Source of the DNA: an uncultured bacterium
GTDB taxonomy: Bacteria > Patescibacteriota > Saccharimonadia > UBA4664 > SCTI01
Reading direction: 5' to 3'
Length of the DNA: 64,000 bases
Assembly (NCBI GenBank): GCA_963721685.1
Contig: CAVRJJ010000005.1
Span: 396,980 to 460,979 of the forward strand
Of this stretch, positions 9,822 through 20,094 are shown one piece after another; within the stretch, counting starts at the first letter, position 1, and every line of letters starts with the position of its first letter. A program made the translations under genes and the position numbers. Below the pieces are notes generated by a model, which saw nothing but the letters and a program-made list of their open reading frames with translations, was not told the origin of the DNA and ran no database searches.

Positions 9822-10360
9822 ATGCAGGTAAGAAAAAACATTGCGATTGCGGGAGCAGCTACCGCAATCGGGCTTGCTTGGCTGATAGTGGGTGTCGCAT
9901 CAGCAGAAACGAGCAGCAGCTCAAGTTCGCTAGTCGATAAAGTGGCCGAAAAATTTAATCTAAATAAAGATGAAGTTCGAAACGGTTTTGATGAAAACCG
10001 CACAGAGCGTCAAGCTGAGCATGAGCAGCATTACGAAGAGCGCTTAACGCAAGCGGTAAAAGATGGGAAGCTAACTGAGGATCAGAAGTCCAAAGTTCTT
10101 GCTAAGCATAAGGAAGCTACAGGCTGAGATGGAAAAAAAGCGGGAGAGCATGGAAGCAGAACGCGATGCCATGGAAAGTAAATCAGAGGAAGAGCGTCAG
10201 GCGTTACGGGATCAGCGGCGCGATGAGATGAATAAGCAGCGAGCTGAACTTGAGAAGTGGGAGAGGACAATAATATTCCCACGGGCTACTTAGGACTAGG
10301 GGGTAAAGGTGGCCCAGGAGGCCGAGGGCATGGTCCTGGAGGCTTTCAGCAGTCAGTGAG
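9822..10360 (+). pseudogene. Secreted helical charged protein with Gly-rich tail, frameshifted (end approximate)
   Basis: Signal peptide, LVDKVAEKFNL and AVKDGKLTEDQK; continues across three frames. Confidence 0.65.
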
Positions 10361-10363
10361 TGT

Positions 10364-10399
10364 ACATGAAAGTGGCGCCGAAAGGCGTCACTTTCATGT
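10364..10399. terminator. 16-bp hairpin with GAAA loop
   Basis: ACATGAAAGTGGCGCC-GAAA-GGCGTCACTTTCATGT. Confidence 0.55.
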
Positions 10400-10427
10400 G
10401 AAGTATAGCCCCATGGTTAACCTGTTG

Positions 10428-10490
10428 GTTCCAAAATCCTACTTTGGGTTGTAAAAATAATGGCTTTGCGAAGGTATAATTGCATGGTGA
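10428..10490. repeat. att-like repeat, copy 3 (left arm only, abutting the tRNA-Glu 3' end)
   Basis: GGTTCCAAAA...TAATGGCTTTGCGAAGGTATAATTGCATGGTGA. Confidence 0.75.
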
Positions 10491-10559
10491 TCCCACGGGG
10501 ATTCGAACCCCGGTTGCCAGGATGAAAACCTGGTGTCCTAACCCCTAGACGATGGGACC
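10485..10559 (-). tRNA. tRNA-Glu(TTC)
   Basis: Cloverleaf; anticodon arm CCAGG-TTTTCAT-CCTGG; GTTCGAA; encoded CCA. Confidence 0.97.
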
Positions 10560-10646
10560 AAGCCGTGTTTTAACCATGTTATGGTACCGTGCGCAACAGC
10601 TTTGCGCAAGGATTGTAGTATGCTTGAAATGAAGAGAAGGGACATC

Positions 10647-12059
10647 ATGCCAGCCAAGCCCAGTTTAAAGCGCACTAAAATATTAGCGACCATCGGGCCC
10701 GCTACCAGTAGCTATGAAATGATGTTCGCCCTTTGCAAGGCCGGGGCAAATGGGGTGCGGGTAAACATGTCGCATGGCAGCCATGAAGGCCACGCCAAAG
10801 TGATTGCCCTGGCTCGCAAGATTAGTGGGGAGCAAAATAAGCCAGTTTCGGTGGTGGTCGATTTGCAAGGCCCTAAAATTCGCCTAGGCGAACTGCCGGA
10901 GGATGGGCTGGAGCTGCAAGAGGGGAACGAGGTCGAGTTTGTGTTGGCTGATTCCTATGAGAGCGGTGGGCCGATCCCCATCCAGTATGACCTCAGCAAG
11001 TATGTGAAGGTTGGCGACCCGGTGTTTCTGCGCGACGGTATGGTGCAGGTGGAGGTTACGGGCAAGAAAGGGGAGTCGTTTACCGCGCGGGTGCTCAATA
11101 GCGGCACGGTGTTTAGTAAGCAGGGGATTAATTTGCCGGAAACCGATTTTGGCGGAGAGATCTTGACCCCCAAAGACTTAGAAGACTTGCAGTTCGCGCA
11201 TGACCAACAGGCTGATTATGTAGCGCTGTCGTTCGTGCAAGCGGCGAGCGATATCGAGAGCCTGCGCCAACGCTTGAAGGATATGAAATCCGATTGCGGA
11301 ATCCTCGCAAAAATTGAAACCAAGGCCGCGGCGGAGGAGGTTGAGGAAATCGTGAAGGCGGCCGATGGGGCAATTGTGGCGCGGGGTGACTTGGCGGTAG
11401 AAACCTTGCCAGAGCAAGTGCCGGTCATCCAAAAGCGGGTGATTGAAAGCGCCCGCCAGTATCAGAAAATCGCGATTGTGGCTACCCAAATGCTGGAGTC
11501 GATGATCCATTCACCCCAGCCAACGCGGGCTGAGGTGCAGGATGTGGCCACGGCGGTAGCCCAAGGCGCCGACGCGGTGATGCTTTCGGGTGAGTCGGCG
11601 GTGGGGGAGTATCCGGTGGAAACAGTGGCCTTAATGCGGCGGATTATTGTGTACACCGAAAACCATCGTTGGCAAAATATCACCGCCAAGGCCTTTGGCA
11701 GTGATACCCAAACCAATGCCATTTCGGCGGCGGCCATTACCTTGGGGCAAAAAATGAAAGCCAAGTTTATTTTAGCTGAAACGGTTTCGGGCCGGACCGT
11801 GCGCAATCTGTGCTCCTTTCGCCCGGAAGAGCTGGTAATTGCCGTTACTCCCAGGCAGCGGGTGTATCAGCGGCTGGGGTTGGTATGGGGCGCGCGCTGC
11901 TATCTTATTAGCGACCCGGTCAAAGCGGCCGAGGAGAGCATGAACTTACTGCGTAAAGAGCACAATGTGGTAAAGGGGGATATTGTGGTGCGGGCTTCCG
12001 GACAACGCCCGGGCGTTGAAGGTGGTACCGACACTATTCAGGTGCAAGTAGTTTCGTGA
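10647..12059 (+). CDS. pyk: Pyruvate kinase
   Basis: RTKILATIGPA, DLQGPKIR, VARGDL and DAVMLSGES; start moved to the ATG after AGAAGGGA. Confidence 0.97.
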   Translation: MPAKPSLKRTKILATIGPATSSYEMMFALCKAGANGVRVNMSHGSHEGHAKVIALARKISGEQNKPVSVVVDLQGPKIRLGELPEDGLELQEGNEVEFVLADSYESGGPIPIQYDLSKYVKVGDPVFLRDGMVQVEVTGKKGESFTARVLNSGTVFSKQGINLPETDFGGEILTPKDLEDLQFAHDQQADYVALSFVQAASDIESLRQRLKDMKSDCGILAKIETKAAAEEVEEIVKAADGAIVARGDLAVETLPEQVPVIQKRVIESARQYQKIAIVATQMLESMIHSPQPTRAEVQDVATAVAQGADAVMLSGESAVGEYPVETVALMRRIIVYTENHRWQNITAKAFGSDTQTNAISAAAITLGQKMKAKFILAETVSGRTVRNLCSFRPEELVIAVTPRQRVYQRLGLVWGARCYLISDPVKAAEESMNLLRKEHNVVKGDIVVRASGQRPGVEGGTDTIQVQVVS

Positions 12060-12119
12060 TATGAACGCCGTCGCACAATATACTTGGCGACAGCATAAGC
12101 TTTTTGCTAAACTAGCGGT

Positions 12120-13334
12120 ATGAAGTTTCGAACCCTCCGCGACCTAAGCCTCAAAAATAAAAAGGTGCTGCTCAGGGTTGACTATAACGTGCCGGTTTCC
12201 GGCGGTATAGTTGGTGACCCCCTGCGGATTGAGGCATCTTTTGACACCATCCGCTATTTGCTTGACCGTAGCTGCAGCATTATATTAGTGAGCCATCTGG
12301 GCCGCCCGGAGGGCAAGAAGGTGCCGGAGTTAAGCCTGAAGCCGGTGGCCAAGCGGGCTAGCGAAATGCTTGGCCAGGATATTACGTTTGTGCCTGACTG
12401 CGTGGGGCCGAAAGCCGCAGCGGCGGCCGCGGCATTAAGGCCCGGTGAGATTATTTTGCTGGAAAATACCCGGTTCCACAAGGAGGAAGATACTAACGAT
12501 CCGGTCTTCGCAAAAGCGTTGGCGAGCCTGGCTGAAGTGTATGTTGACGACGCTTTTGCCAACATCCACCGCAAGCACGCTTCCATTGTGGGGGTTACCC
12601 ATTTTTTGGACGGCGCCGCGGGAATATTGGTTGAAAAAGAGGTTAAGTATGTGAGCGGCGCGTTGCTGCATCCGGCAAAACCGCGGGTGGCAATTGTCGG
12701 CGGAGCCAAGGTCTCTACAAAACTTGGCGTGCTGGAGCATTTAATTAAGCATGTCGACCGTTTGGCGATAGGCGGGGCGATGGCCAACACCTTTCTCGCC
12801 GAGGCTGGTCACGAGGTAGGCATGAGTAAGCAGGAACCGGAATTATTTGGCGAGGTCCGCCGGATCCGGGATGAAGCCGAAGCGGCCGGAGTGGAAATTG
12901 TGCTGCCGGAAGACGGAGTTGTCGTTTCAAAGTCGCTTAGCGAGGGCCCGGCCCGGTTTGTGCACTTAAATGAGGTGGCCAAAGACGATTACATCGTTGA
13001 TTTTGGACCAAAGACGGTAGCGGATATTATTCACCCGCTTAATTTTCACGGCAGTGTGCTCTGGAACGGCCCGTTAGGCATCACCGAAGTGCCGGCTTTT
13101 GCCCATGGCTCGCGTATGCTGGCTGATAATATTATAGAGTCGGGCGTTTCTTGCATAATTGGAGGCGGAGAGACGGCCGCCTTTGTGAATGAGCAAGGTT
13201 TGCATGACGAGTTTAGCTGGGTGTCAACCGGGGGAGGGGCAAGTTTAGCCCTGATGTCGGGGAGTGAGCTTCCAGGATTAACGGCGTTGCGCAAAGAGGG
13301 TTCTCGGACGCTGGCGTCGCTTGGACGCCGTTAA
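12120..13334 (+). CDS. pgk: Phosphoglycerate kinase
   Basis: RVDYNVP, SHLGRP, GGAKVSTK and STGGGASL. Confidence 0.97.
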   Translation: MKFRTLRDLSLKNKKVLLRVDYNVPVSGGIVGDPLRIEASFDTIRYLLDRSCSIILVSHLGRPEGKKVPELSLKPVAKRASEMLGQDITFVPDCVGPKAAAAAAALRPGEIILLENTRFHKEEDTNDPVFAKALASLAEVYVDDAFANIHRKHASIVGVTHFLDGAAGILVEKEVKYVSGALLHPAKPRVAIVGGAKVSTKLGVLEHLIKHVDRLAIGGAMANTFLAEAGHEVGMSKQEPELFGEVRRIRDEAEAAGVEIVLPEDGVVVSKSLSEGPARFVHLNEVAKDDYIVDFGPKTVADIIHPLNFHGSVLWNGPLGITEVPAFAHGSRMLADNIIESGVSCIIGGGETAAFVNEQGLHDEFSWVSTGGGASLALMSGSELPGLTALRKEGSRTLASLGRR

Positions 13335-13366
13335 GAAACCTACCATAAGCGTGTTATTATAACGGT

Positions 13367-14137
13367 ATGAAACACTTTACTATTGTTGGTAACTGGAAAA
13401 TGCACCAATCGCCGGAGCAGGCGGAGCGGCTGGTACGAAAACTCCAGGAGAAGGCTAAGCCCCAAACCCATGTGACAGCGGTGCTGTGCCCCCCGTTTAT
13501 TTCAATCCCCGCCGTTAAGAAAATGGCGGAAGACGACTTGTTTAAACTGGGAGCCCAAAACCTCAACGAGAATGATGAGGGGCCGAATACCGGTGAAGTG
13601 TCGGGTGCCATGCTTAAAGACCTGGTTGAATATGTGATAGTTGGCCATTCTGAGCGGCGTCAGCTGGAACATGAAAGCGACAAGCGGATTGCTAAAAAAG
13701 TAGCGGCGGCGCTGCGCCACGGGCTAACGCCGATTTTGTGTGTGGGGGAGAAGCTGAACGACCGCCAGGATGGCCATGCCCGCCGGGTGGTGGTAGACCA
13801 ACTCCATACCGGCTTAAGCCAGATCACCGCTGAAGAAGTTAGTAAGTTAATCGTTGCCTACGAGCCGGTGTGGGCGATCGGCACCGGCGAGTTTGCCGCT
13901 CCCGACCAAGTGGAACCGGTGGTGGGGGTTATCCGCCAAACGGTGGAAGAGATGTTTGGCGAAGGTGCCAGCGGATCACTTGAAATCCTTTACGGCGGCA
14001 GCGCTACACCCGATAATGTGAAAGCCTACCTGTCACTGCGCCATATCAGCGGTCTGCTGGTTGGTGGTGCCAGTCTTAATTACGAGCAATTTTCCGAGAT
14101 GTTGGCAACGGCTGCCAGTCTTTCCCATGGCCGCTAA
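13367..14137 (+). CDS. tpiA: Triosephosphate isomerase
   Basis: GNWKM, GHSERR, AYEPVWAIGTG and LVGGASL. Confidence 0.97.
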   Translation: MKHFTIVGNWKMHQSPEQAERLVRKLQEKAKPQTHVTAVLCPPFISIPAVKKMAEDDLFKLGAQNLNENDEGPNTGEVSGAMLKDLVEYVIVGHSERRQLEHESDKRIAKKVAAALRHGLTPILCVGEKLNDRQDGHARRVVVDQLHTGLSQITAEEVSKLIVAYEPVWAIGTGEFAAPDQVEPVVGVIRQTVEEMFGEGASGSLEILYGGSATPDNVKAYLSLRHISGLLVGGASLNYEQFSEMLATAASLSHGR

Positions 14138-15512
14138 AAGCCTGTTTTTTCTTGGCATCACCGGCCATACCATGCGCGGCTTGGCGTTGGCCGCCAAACA
14201 GCTGGGATATGAAGTTAGCGGCAGCGATGAATATTCCTATTCCGTACCCGGCGAGGACGCCCTGGATACAACGGGCATCGCGTGGGGTAAACAAGCGGAC
14301 CCCTCTTTATTGAAAGGCGTTGATACCTTAATTATTAGCGGGGGCACCGCGGCGGATGATGCCATGGTGGCAGCGGCCCGGCAGCAGAACATAGCGGTTA
14401 AATCATACGCCGAGTTTGTGGGCGAGTTAACTAAGAGTAAGCGCCGCATTGTCATCGCCGGTACCCATGGCAAAACCACCACGAGTTCATTGGTTGCCTG
14501 GCTGTTGGAATCGGCGGGCCGCCAGCCCGATTATTTAATTGGCGTCCGGCCCCATAATTTTCCTTCCAGCGTACGGCTCAGCGACAGCCGCGTAATGGTG
14601 TTGGAAGGGGATGAATACAAAGCCTCCGCGCTTGACGGCCATTCCAAATTTTGGTTCTACCGTCCGGATGTCCTGGTGGTGACCTCTTTGGAGATGGACC
14701 ACCCCGATATGTTTGAAAACCTGGCCGCGATCCAAGGCCGTTTTCGCGAGCTGCTGCAGGCAATGCCAATAGACGGGATGTTGGTGTATTGGAAAGGCTC
14801 TGAAGCGCTGCGCGACGTGGCCGACGGTTTAGGCATAGCGGCCCAGTCGTACGGCGAGGGCGGCGATATACAGGTTGACCATGTCAGCTTTAGCGCTACC
14901 GGGATTTCCTTCGATCTTTACAATAATGAAAAATATATTGGGCATTTCGCGGCACCCCTCTATGGCCGCCACAACGTGAATAATAGTATGGCCGCGGTGG
15001 TCGTGGCACTTGGCGAAGGACTGGCCATTGAAGAAATCCAGGAAGGCTTGCAGACATTTCGCGGCGCCGCCCGGCGATTTGATGTGGTTTCACCGCCACA
15101 AGCCGAGATACGGGTAGTGGATGATTACGCCCATCACCCCAGTGAAATCGCGACAACTATTGAGGCGGCACGGTTGCATTTTAGCGGGCGGGTAGTCGCA
15201 GTGGTACGACCTCATACCTATTCCCGGGTTAAAGAATTGTTACCGGGTTACCGCGAGGCGGTCCAAGGGGCGGACATATCCTTTGTAACCGACATTGAAA
15301 GTGCTCGTGAATCCGAAGGAACAACCGATATCTCCGGAGCGGACATTACCCGCGATAATGGGGCTCATGTTTATTACGAACCGGACCGGACAAAGCTGGT
15401 AGAGCGCATACGTGAAGCGGCCCGGCCGGGTGACGTGGTGCTATCGATGACGGTTGGCGGCTATGACGGTTTGGCGGCGGAACTTGCCGCCCAGCTTAAC
15501 CGCCAGGACTAA
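14127..15512 (+). CDS. Mur ligase, MurC/Mpl type
   Basis: AGTHGKTTTS, LEGDEY and DDYAHHP; start at MAAKSLFFLG. Confidence 0.9.
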   Translation: MAAKSLFFLGITGHTMRGLALAAKQLGYEVSGSDEYSYSVPGEDALDTTGIAWGKQADPSLLKGVDTLIISGGTAADDAMVAAARQQNIAVKSYAEFVGELTKSKRRIVIAGTHGKTTTSSLVAWLLESAGRQPDYLIGVRPHNFPSSVRLSDSRVMVLEGDEYKASALDGHSKFWFYRPDVLVVTSLEMDHPDMFENLAAIQGRFRELLQAMPIDGMLVYWKGSEALRDVADGLGIAAQSYGEGGDIQVDHVSFSATGISFDLYNNEKYIGHFAAPLYGRHNVNNSMAAVVVALGEGLAIEEIQEGLQTFRGAARRFDVVSPPQAEIRVVDDYAHHPSEIATTIEAARLHFSGRVVAVVRPHTYSRVKELLPGYREAVQGADISFVTDIESARESEGTTDISGADITRDNGAHVYYEPDRTKLVERIREAARPGDVVLSMTVGGYDGLAAELAAQLNRQD

Positions 15513-16543
15513 AAAGCAATCAGCTCCGGTTCTTGCAGCAGGGTAATGCCAAACTTTTGTTCGACGGCACTTATAACTCTGTCGCGGAACGCCAAAATCT
15601 CTTCGGGCCCTTTACGCCCAGGGTTGATGAGGGTAATGGCTTGCTTGTCGTAGATGCCAACCCCGTTTTCCATAACACCTTTAAAACCGCACTGCTCTAC
15701 CAGCCAGGCGGCGGCTAGCTTAACGCTGCCGTAGGGCATTGGCCATCCGGGCAGATCGGGATGCGCGGCTTGAAGGCCAGCCGCTATTTCAGCCGGGACA
15801 AGGGGGTTGCTGAAAAAAGACCCAACGGTAGGGATTTGAGCTGGATCGGGCAACCGCGCTTGGCGAATGGCAATTACGGTATCACGAATATCGGCAACAC
15901 TGGGACTGCTAATGCCCTTTGCTGTTAACTGGGCTTGAAGCCTGGGGTAATTGGCGGGTTGACTCCCGGAGGCAGGGGATAAACGCAGGCTGACACTGGT
16001 AATAATGTAACGGCCGCGGCCGGCGTGCTTAAACAGGCTATCGCGATAGCCAAATTGGCAATCGACGTTGGTGAGTACCACCATTTTTTCGGTTTCCAGG
16101 TCATACGCCTCTAGCTGGGTTAAGGTTTCTGCAAGTTCCTGCCCGTAGGCACCGATATTCTGAACCGGTGCCCCCCCGACCGTCCCGGGAATGAGCGATA
16201 GGGCTTCTATACCATGGAGGTTTTGTTCAACCGACCACGCGACCAGTTGGTCCCAGTTTTCTCCGGCACCCACGGTGACTTCGGTATAGCCGTCGGTTTG
16301 GCTGGTAATAGCGCGGCCGGGAATTTCGATTTTTAATGCTACGCAACGCAAATGGGTTTGGCTTATTACAATGTTGGATCCGCCCCCTAAGACGAATATC
16401 GGCAACGCTTGTTGACGGGATAAAGCAATGGCATTCGGTAATTGATTAAGGTCTGTTATATGAATCAGGTAGTCGGCGGAAGCGGCGATTGCCAGTGTAT
16501 TAAGGGGACCAAGGTCTGCGTTGGAAACAGTGGAAAGCGACAT
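15509..16543 (-). CDS. murB: UDP-N-acetylenolpyruvoylglucosamine reductase
   Basis: LGGGSN, IPGTVGGAPVQNIGAYG, FGYRDS and GSFFSNP; start 6 nt after TATAAT. Confidence 0.95.
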   Translation of the reverse strand: MSLSTVSNADLGPLNTLAIAASADYLIHITDLNQLPNAIALSRQQALPIFVLGGGSNIVISQTHLRCVALKIEIPGRAITSQTDGYTEVTVGAGENWDQLVAWSVEQNLHGIEALSLIPGTVGGAPVQNIGAYGQELAETLTQLEAYDLETEKMVVLTNVDCQFGYRDSLFKHAGRGRYIITSVSLRLSPASGSQPANYPRLQAQLTAKGISSPSVADIRDTVIAIRQARLPDPAQIPTVGSFFSNPLVPAEIAAGLQAAHPDLPGWPMPYGSVKLAAAWLVEQCGFKGVMENGVGIYDKQAITLINPGRKGPEEILAFRDRVISAVEQKFGITLLQEPELIAF

Positions 16544-16614
16544 AGCTGCATTATACACCCGATAATGAGGTCATTTTATTGCTTTTCAAAACGTTTATGC
16601 TTAAAGTAGGAAGC

Positions 16615-17868
16615 ATGAATTGTCCCAATTGCGGCTCTGCTATGTCCGCGTCAAAGATTAGCTGGTTGTGCCTTGACTGCGGCCACATTGAGCAGAGCAC
16701 TGAAGCGATACCTGAAGAAACGAAAAGTCCAGCGCAGCCAGTGTCTGAACCAGCCGCGATATCAAGTGAACCGGCCGCCCCTCAACCTGAAGCGCTGCCA
16801 GGCCCTCAAGAACTTGCCGCTGACGTGCAGGGTAATGTGTCCGATGGAATTAATCCGGCAACACCGATGACCCCCAGTGTAGCGGTGCCCCCGGTAAGCG
16901 CCACGCCCTCGCCCACAAGTTCCGTTTCGTCAGTCGCGCCTGACTTAGGGCAAAACCGCCGGAAGCCATTGCTTATTGGCGGAGCAGCACTGCTTGCAGT
17001 GCTTTTAGTGGCCGCGACCGGCTTAAAATTGTTTTGGTATGATCCACAAAATGCCCCGATGGCGTATTTTTCCAAGGTGGCCGCGGCTAAGACCGGCTCT
17101 TTTCAGGCTAATGTTAATTACAAGACCGACAACAAAGGCAACGACTTGTTTGGCATAGGCAACAACGCGACCCTAAAAGCCAGCGGAGCATATGATCTCG
17201 CGGATGAAAAGAACCCTAAGACCGATATCAAGCTAAATTTTAAGGCCAGCCAGTTTGAGATTGGTGGGCGCCTCATCACCATGCCCAAAACGCTTTATTT
17301 CCAGCTTTCAGATGCCGGTTTTCTATCGATGTTAGGTATTAAGGGGGGCAACGAATGGTACAAGTTCCCGCTTGAAAAAAGCAAGGAAGATGAGAAAGAA
17401 TGTGTTGATCCCAAAAACGCCAAGGTAAACAGCTATTTTGGCGCTACCATCCCAGCCCAAATTCCGGTTAATAAAGCCCGACGCGTGGGACTCTATGAAA
17501 AAGTTGCCGGTCATACCACGACGCACTATACCGGGACGATTGATTTTAATAAGCTCCAAAAAATTGTGGACACAGCCAACAAAGGGATGAGCGCTGACTG
17601 CAAGATAGAATTATCAAAAGAGGACTATAAAGATTTAACCATTTCCTATGACCTCTGGACTAGTAAATCATTTGACCGCATAGTGCTTAAAATGGTAAGT
17701 ACCGGCAAGGATACTAAGGGGACGAGCATTGTCACCGTAGACTCCTCCGGCTACAACAAAGCGGTTAAAATCGAGGCCCCCAAAGGCGCCAAAGACTTTT
17801 CATTATTTAATGACCTAGAAGGCAGCTTTAATACTGAGTTTGAAAGTCCCGAACCAGTCCTTAACTAA
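16615..17868 (+). CDS. Zinc-ribbon, Pro-rich, single-TM protein with an extracellular LppX/LolA-like beta domain
   Basis: CPNCG...CLDCG, Pro/Ser linker, TM helix, C-terminal YNKAVKIEAP. Confidence 0.7.
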   Translation: MNCPNCGSAMSASKISWLCLDCGHIEQSTEAIPEETKSPAQPVSEPAAISSEPAAPQPEALPGPQELAADVQGNVSDGINPATPMTPSVAVPPVSATPSPTSSVSSVAPDLGQNRRKPLLIGGAALLAVLLVAATGLKLFWYDPQNAPMAYFSKVAAAKTGSFQANVNYKTDNKGNDLFGIGNNATLKASGAYDLADEKNPKTDIKLNFKASQFEIGGRLITMPKTLYFQLSDAGFLSMLGIKGGNEWYKFPLEKSKEDEKECVDPKNAKVNSYFGATIPAQIPVNKARRVGLYEKVAGHTTTHYTGTIDFNKLQKIVDTANKGMSADCKIELSKEDYKDLTISYDLWTSKSFDRIVLKMVSTGKDTKGTSIVTVDSSGYNKAVKIEAPKGAKDFSLFNDLEGSFNTEFESPEPVLN

Positions 17869-17892
17869 AGCGCCGCCTGTTAAAATAGAAGA

Positions 17893-20094
17893 GTGACTGA
17901 TTTATTAAGCAGCTTGAATGAGCCCCAGCGTGAAGCAGTGCTTACGACCGAGGGGCCCGTATTAATGTTGGCCGGAGCCGGCAGCGGCAAAACCAAGGCT
18001 CTTACCCATCGTATTGCCTATCTGGTAGCGGAAAAGCAAGTACGGCCATCTAACATCTTGGCTGTGACCTTCACCAATAAAGCGGCAGGCGGAATGCGCC
18101 AGCGGGTATTAAGTTTGCTTGGCCGCGGGGTGGAAGACCGCCAGTACTTTCCCTACATTGGGACGTTCCACGCGATTTCCTGCCGGATGCTGCGCCGGGA
18201 TTATAAAGCCGCCGGCTTAAGCTCTACTTTTACCATTTTTGATATGGCCGATAGTTTAAGCGCCATCAAGCAGGCAATGCGCCAAATTGGGGTGGATGAA
18301 AAGCGGTTTACTCCAAGCCTGATGGCTAATTTAATTTCAAGCGCCAAGAACCAGCTAATTGGTCCCGACCGCTACGCAAGTTATGTGAAAGGTGAGGCCG
18401 GGGAAACCGCGGCCCAGATATACCCCCGCTATCAGCGCATCTTAACCGAAGCCAACGCCGTCGATTTTGATGACATTATTATGAAAACCGTCCAATTATT
18501 GCGTGACCCGGAATTATTGAAGCGTTGGCAGGAGCAATTCCATTATATTTTAATTGACGAGTATCAAGATACCAACCAGGCCCAGTACCAACTTACCCGC
18601 CTGCTTGCCGCCAAACATCACAATATTTGCGTAGTTGGTGACGACTGGCAAGCCATTTATTCCTGGCGGGGCGCTAACTTCCAAAACATTTTAGATTTTG
18701 AGAAAGACTATCCTCAGGCGAAGGTGATTAAGCTGGAGCAAAATTACCGATCCAGTAAAAACATTTTGGACGGCGCCCACGCCATTATTAGCAAAAACCA
18801 TGTCCGTTCGGATAAAAAGCTGTGGACAGATGCCGACGGAGGTTCCGGCATAAAGGTCTTAACAACCTACGACCAACAGCAGGAAGGTGATACGATTGCC
18901 ATGACCATTGAACGAACCATGCGTGAAAGCCACACCTTACAGCGGGGGTCTAGCACTATCAAGCGGAGCGCGCAGCTTAAGGATTTCGCGGTGCTTTATC
19001 GCATGACCGCCCAATCACGGGCTTTGGAAGAGGCATTCTTGCGCCATAACATCCCCTATAAAATTGTTGGCGGAACGCGTTTTTACGAGCGGAAGGAAAT
19101 CAAGGACGTGCTGGCCTATTTGCGGTTTATCAATAATCCCGATGATATTATTAGCTTTGGCCGCGTGGTAAATGTACCCGCCCGAGGATTGGGAGAGCGC
19201 AGCATGGAGCGGCTGTTGGCTTATGGCCGCGAGCACCAGCTGTCAATCCTGGATACCCTGCAGGCGGCTGGATCAATTGAAGCGCTTACGCCGCGTGCGC
19301 GCAAAGCGCTTACTGATTTCTCAACCGTAATAGTAAGTCTTCGCGGTCAAGTGGATGCCCTGCCCGTGGCGGAGCTGCTTCAGCAAACGGTTAAGCAAAC
19401 CGGCTACCTGGCATCATTGGAAGATGGCAGCGTGCTCGCGGGTGACCGCATCGAAAATGTGAAAGAGCTGTTGAGCGTCACGGCCGCTTACGACGGCATG
19501 GGGTTAAACGAATTCCTCGAAGAAATCGCGCTGATCACCGACCTTGATAATTACTCCACTGAAACCAACGCGGTTACTTTAATGACCCTGCACGCGGCGA
19601 AGGGTTTGGAATTTCCGGTGATTTTCATGCCCGGTATGGAGGAAGGCATTTTCCCCCACAACCGCAGCCTTGGTGATGGTGCCCAAATGGAGGAGGAACG
19701 CCGTCTCTGTTATGTCGGGATGACCCGCGCCAAGCAAGAGCTTTATTTGCTCCATGCCCAATCCCGGCTGCTCCATGGCCAGGTTCAGCACAACCCCCCG
19801 TCGCGCTTTCTTCTAGATGTGCCGCTGGAGGTACAGGACGCTGCTAACGCGGTGCGGCCATCGGGAAGGCTTGAGGTTAGCCCGGCGGGCTGGGGCCAGG
19901 TTCAAGCGGCACCAGAGCTGGCACCAGAGCTGGCACCGGAAAAAGCCGATTTAGCACCGGGAGATAAGATCCGCCACGCTAAGTTTGGCGAAGGAATTGT
20001 TATTGGCGCTAAGGGGGATGACTTAACCGCCGCCTTTGAAGGAATCGGCACCAAGCATTTAAGCTTATCCTTTGCTCCGGTTGAAAAACTATAA
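17893..20094 (+). CDS. pcrA: ATP-dependent DNA helicase PcrA/UvrD
   Basis: AGAGSGKT, DEYQDTN, LEQNYRS, TLHAAKGLEF and C-terminal Tudor (HAKFGEG). Confidence 0.96.
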   Translation: MTDLLSSLNEPQREAVLTTEGPVLMLAGAGSGKTKALTHRIAYLVAEKQVRPSNILAVTFTNKAAGGMRQRVLSLLGRGVEDRQYFPYIGTFHAISCRMLRRDYKAAGLSSTFTIFDMADSLSAIKQAMRQIGVDEKRFTPSLMANLISSAKNQLIGPDRYASYVKGEAGETAAQIYPRYQRILTEANAVDFDDIIMKTVQLLRDPELLKRWQEQFHYILIDEYQDTNQAQYQLTRLLAAKHHNICVVGDDWQAIYSWRGANFQNILDFEKDYPQAKVIKLEQNYRSSKNILDGAHAIISKNHVRSDKKLWTDADGGSGIKVLTTYDQQQEGDTIAMTIERTMRESHTLQRGSSTIKRSAQLKDFAVLYRMTAQSRALEEAFLRHNIPYKIVGGTRFYERKEIKDVLAYLRFINNPDDIISFGRVVNVPARGLGERSMERLLAYGREHQLSILDTLQAAGSIEALTPRARKALTDFSTVIVSLRGQVDALPVAELLQQTVKQTGYLASLEDGSVLAGDRIENVKELLSVTAAYDGMGLNEFLEEIALITDLDNYSTETNAVTLMTLHAAKGLEFPVIFMPGMEEGIFPHNRSLGDGAQMEEERRLCYVGMTRAKQELYLLHAQSRLLHGQVQHNPPSRFLLDVPLEVQDAANAVRPSGRLEVSPAGWGQVQAAPELAPELAPEKADLAPGDKIRHAKFGEGIVIGAKGDDLTAAFEGIGTKHLSLSFAPVEKL
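19909..19941 (+). repeat. 12-bp tandem repeat (APEL x ~2.75) in the PcrA linker
   Basis: GCACCAGAGCTG twice, then GCACCGGAA. Confidence 0.85.

Larger units (their letters stand above)
7643..10490. mobile_element. Putative integrase-less cassette B (two-component system plus secreted protein)
   Basis: Bounded by repeat copy 2 and the tRNA-Glu 3' end; 2842 bp core to core. Confidence 0.55.

Noticed and set aside
12057-12059. Alternative genetic code (TGA recoding)
   Set aside because: pyk and other genes end at TGA at the expected position, and conserved genes have no internal TGA
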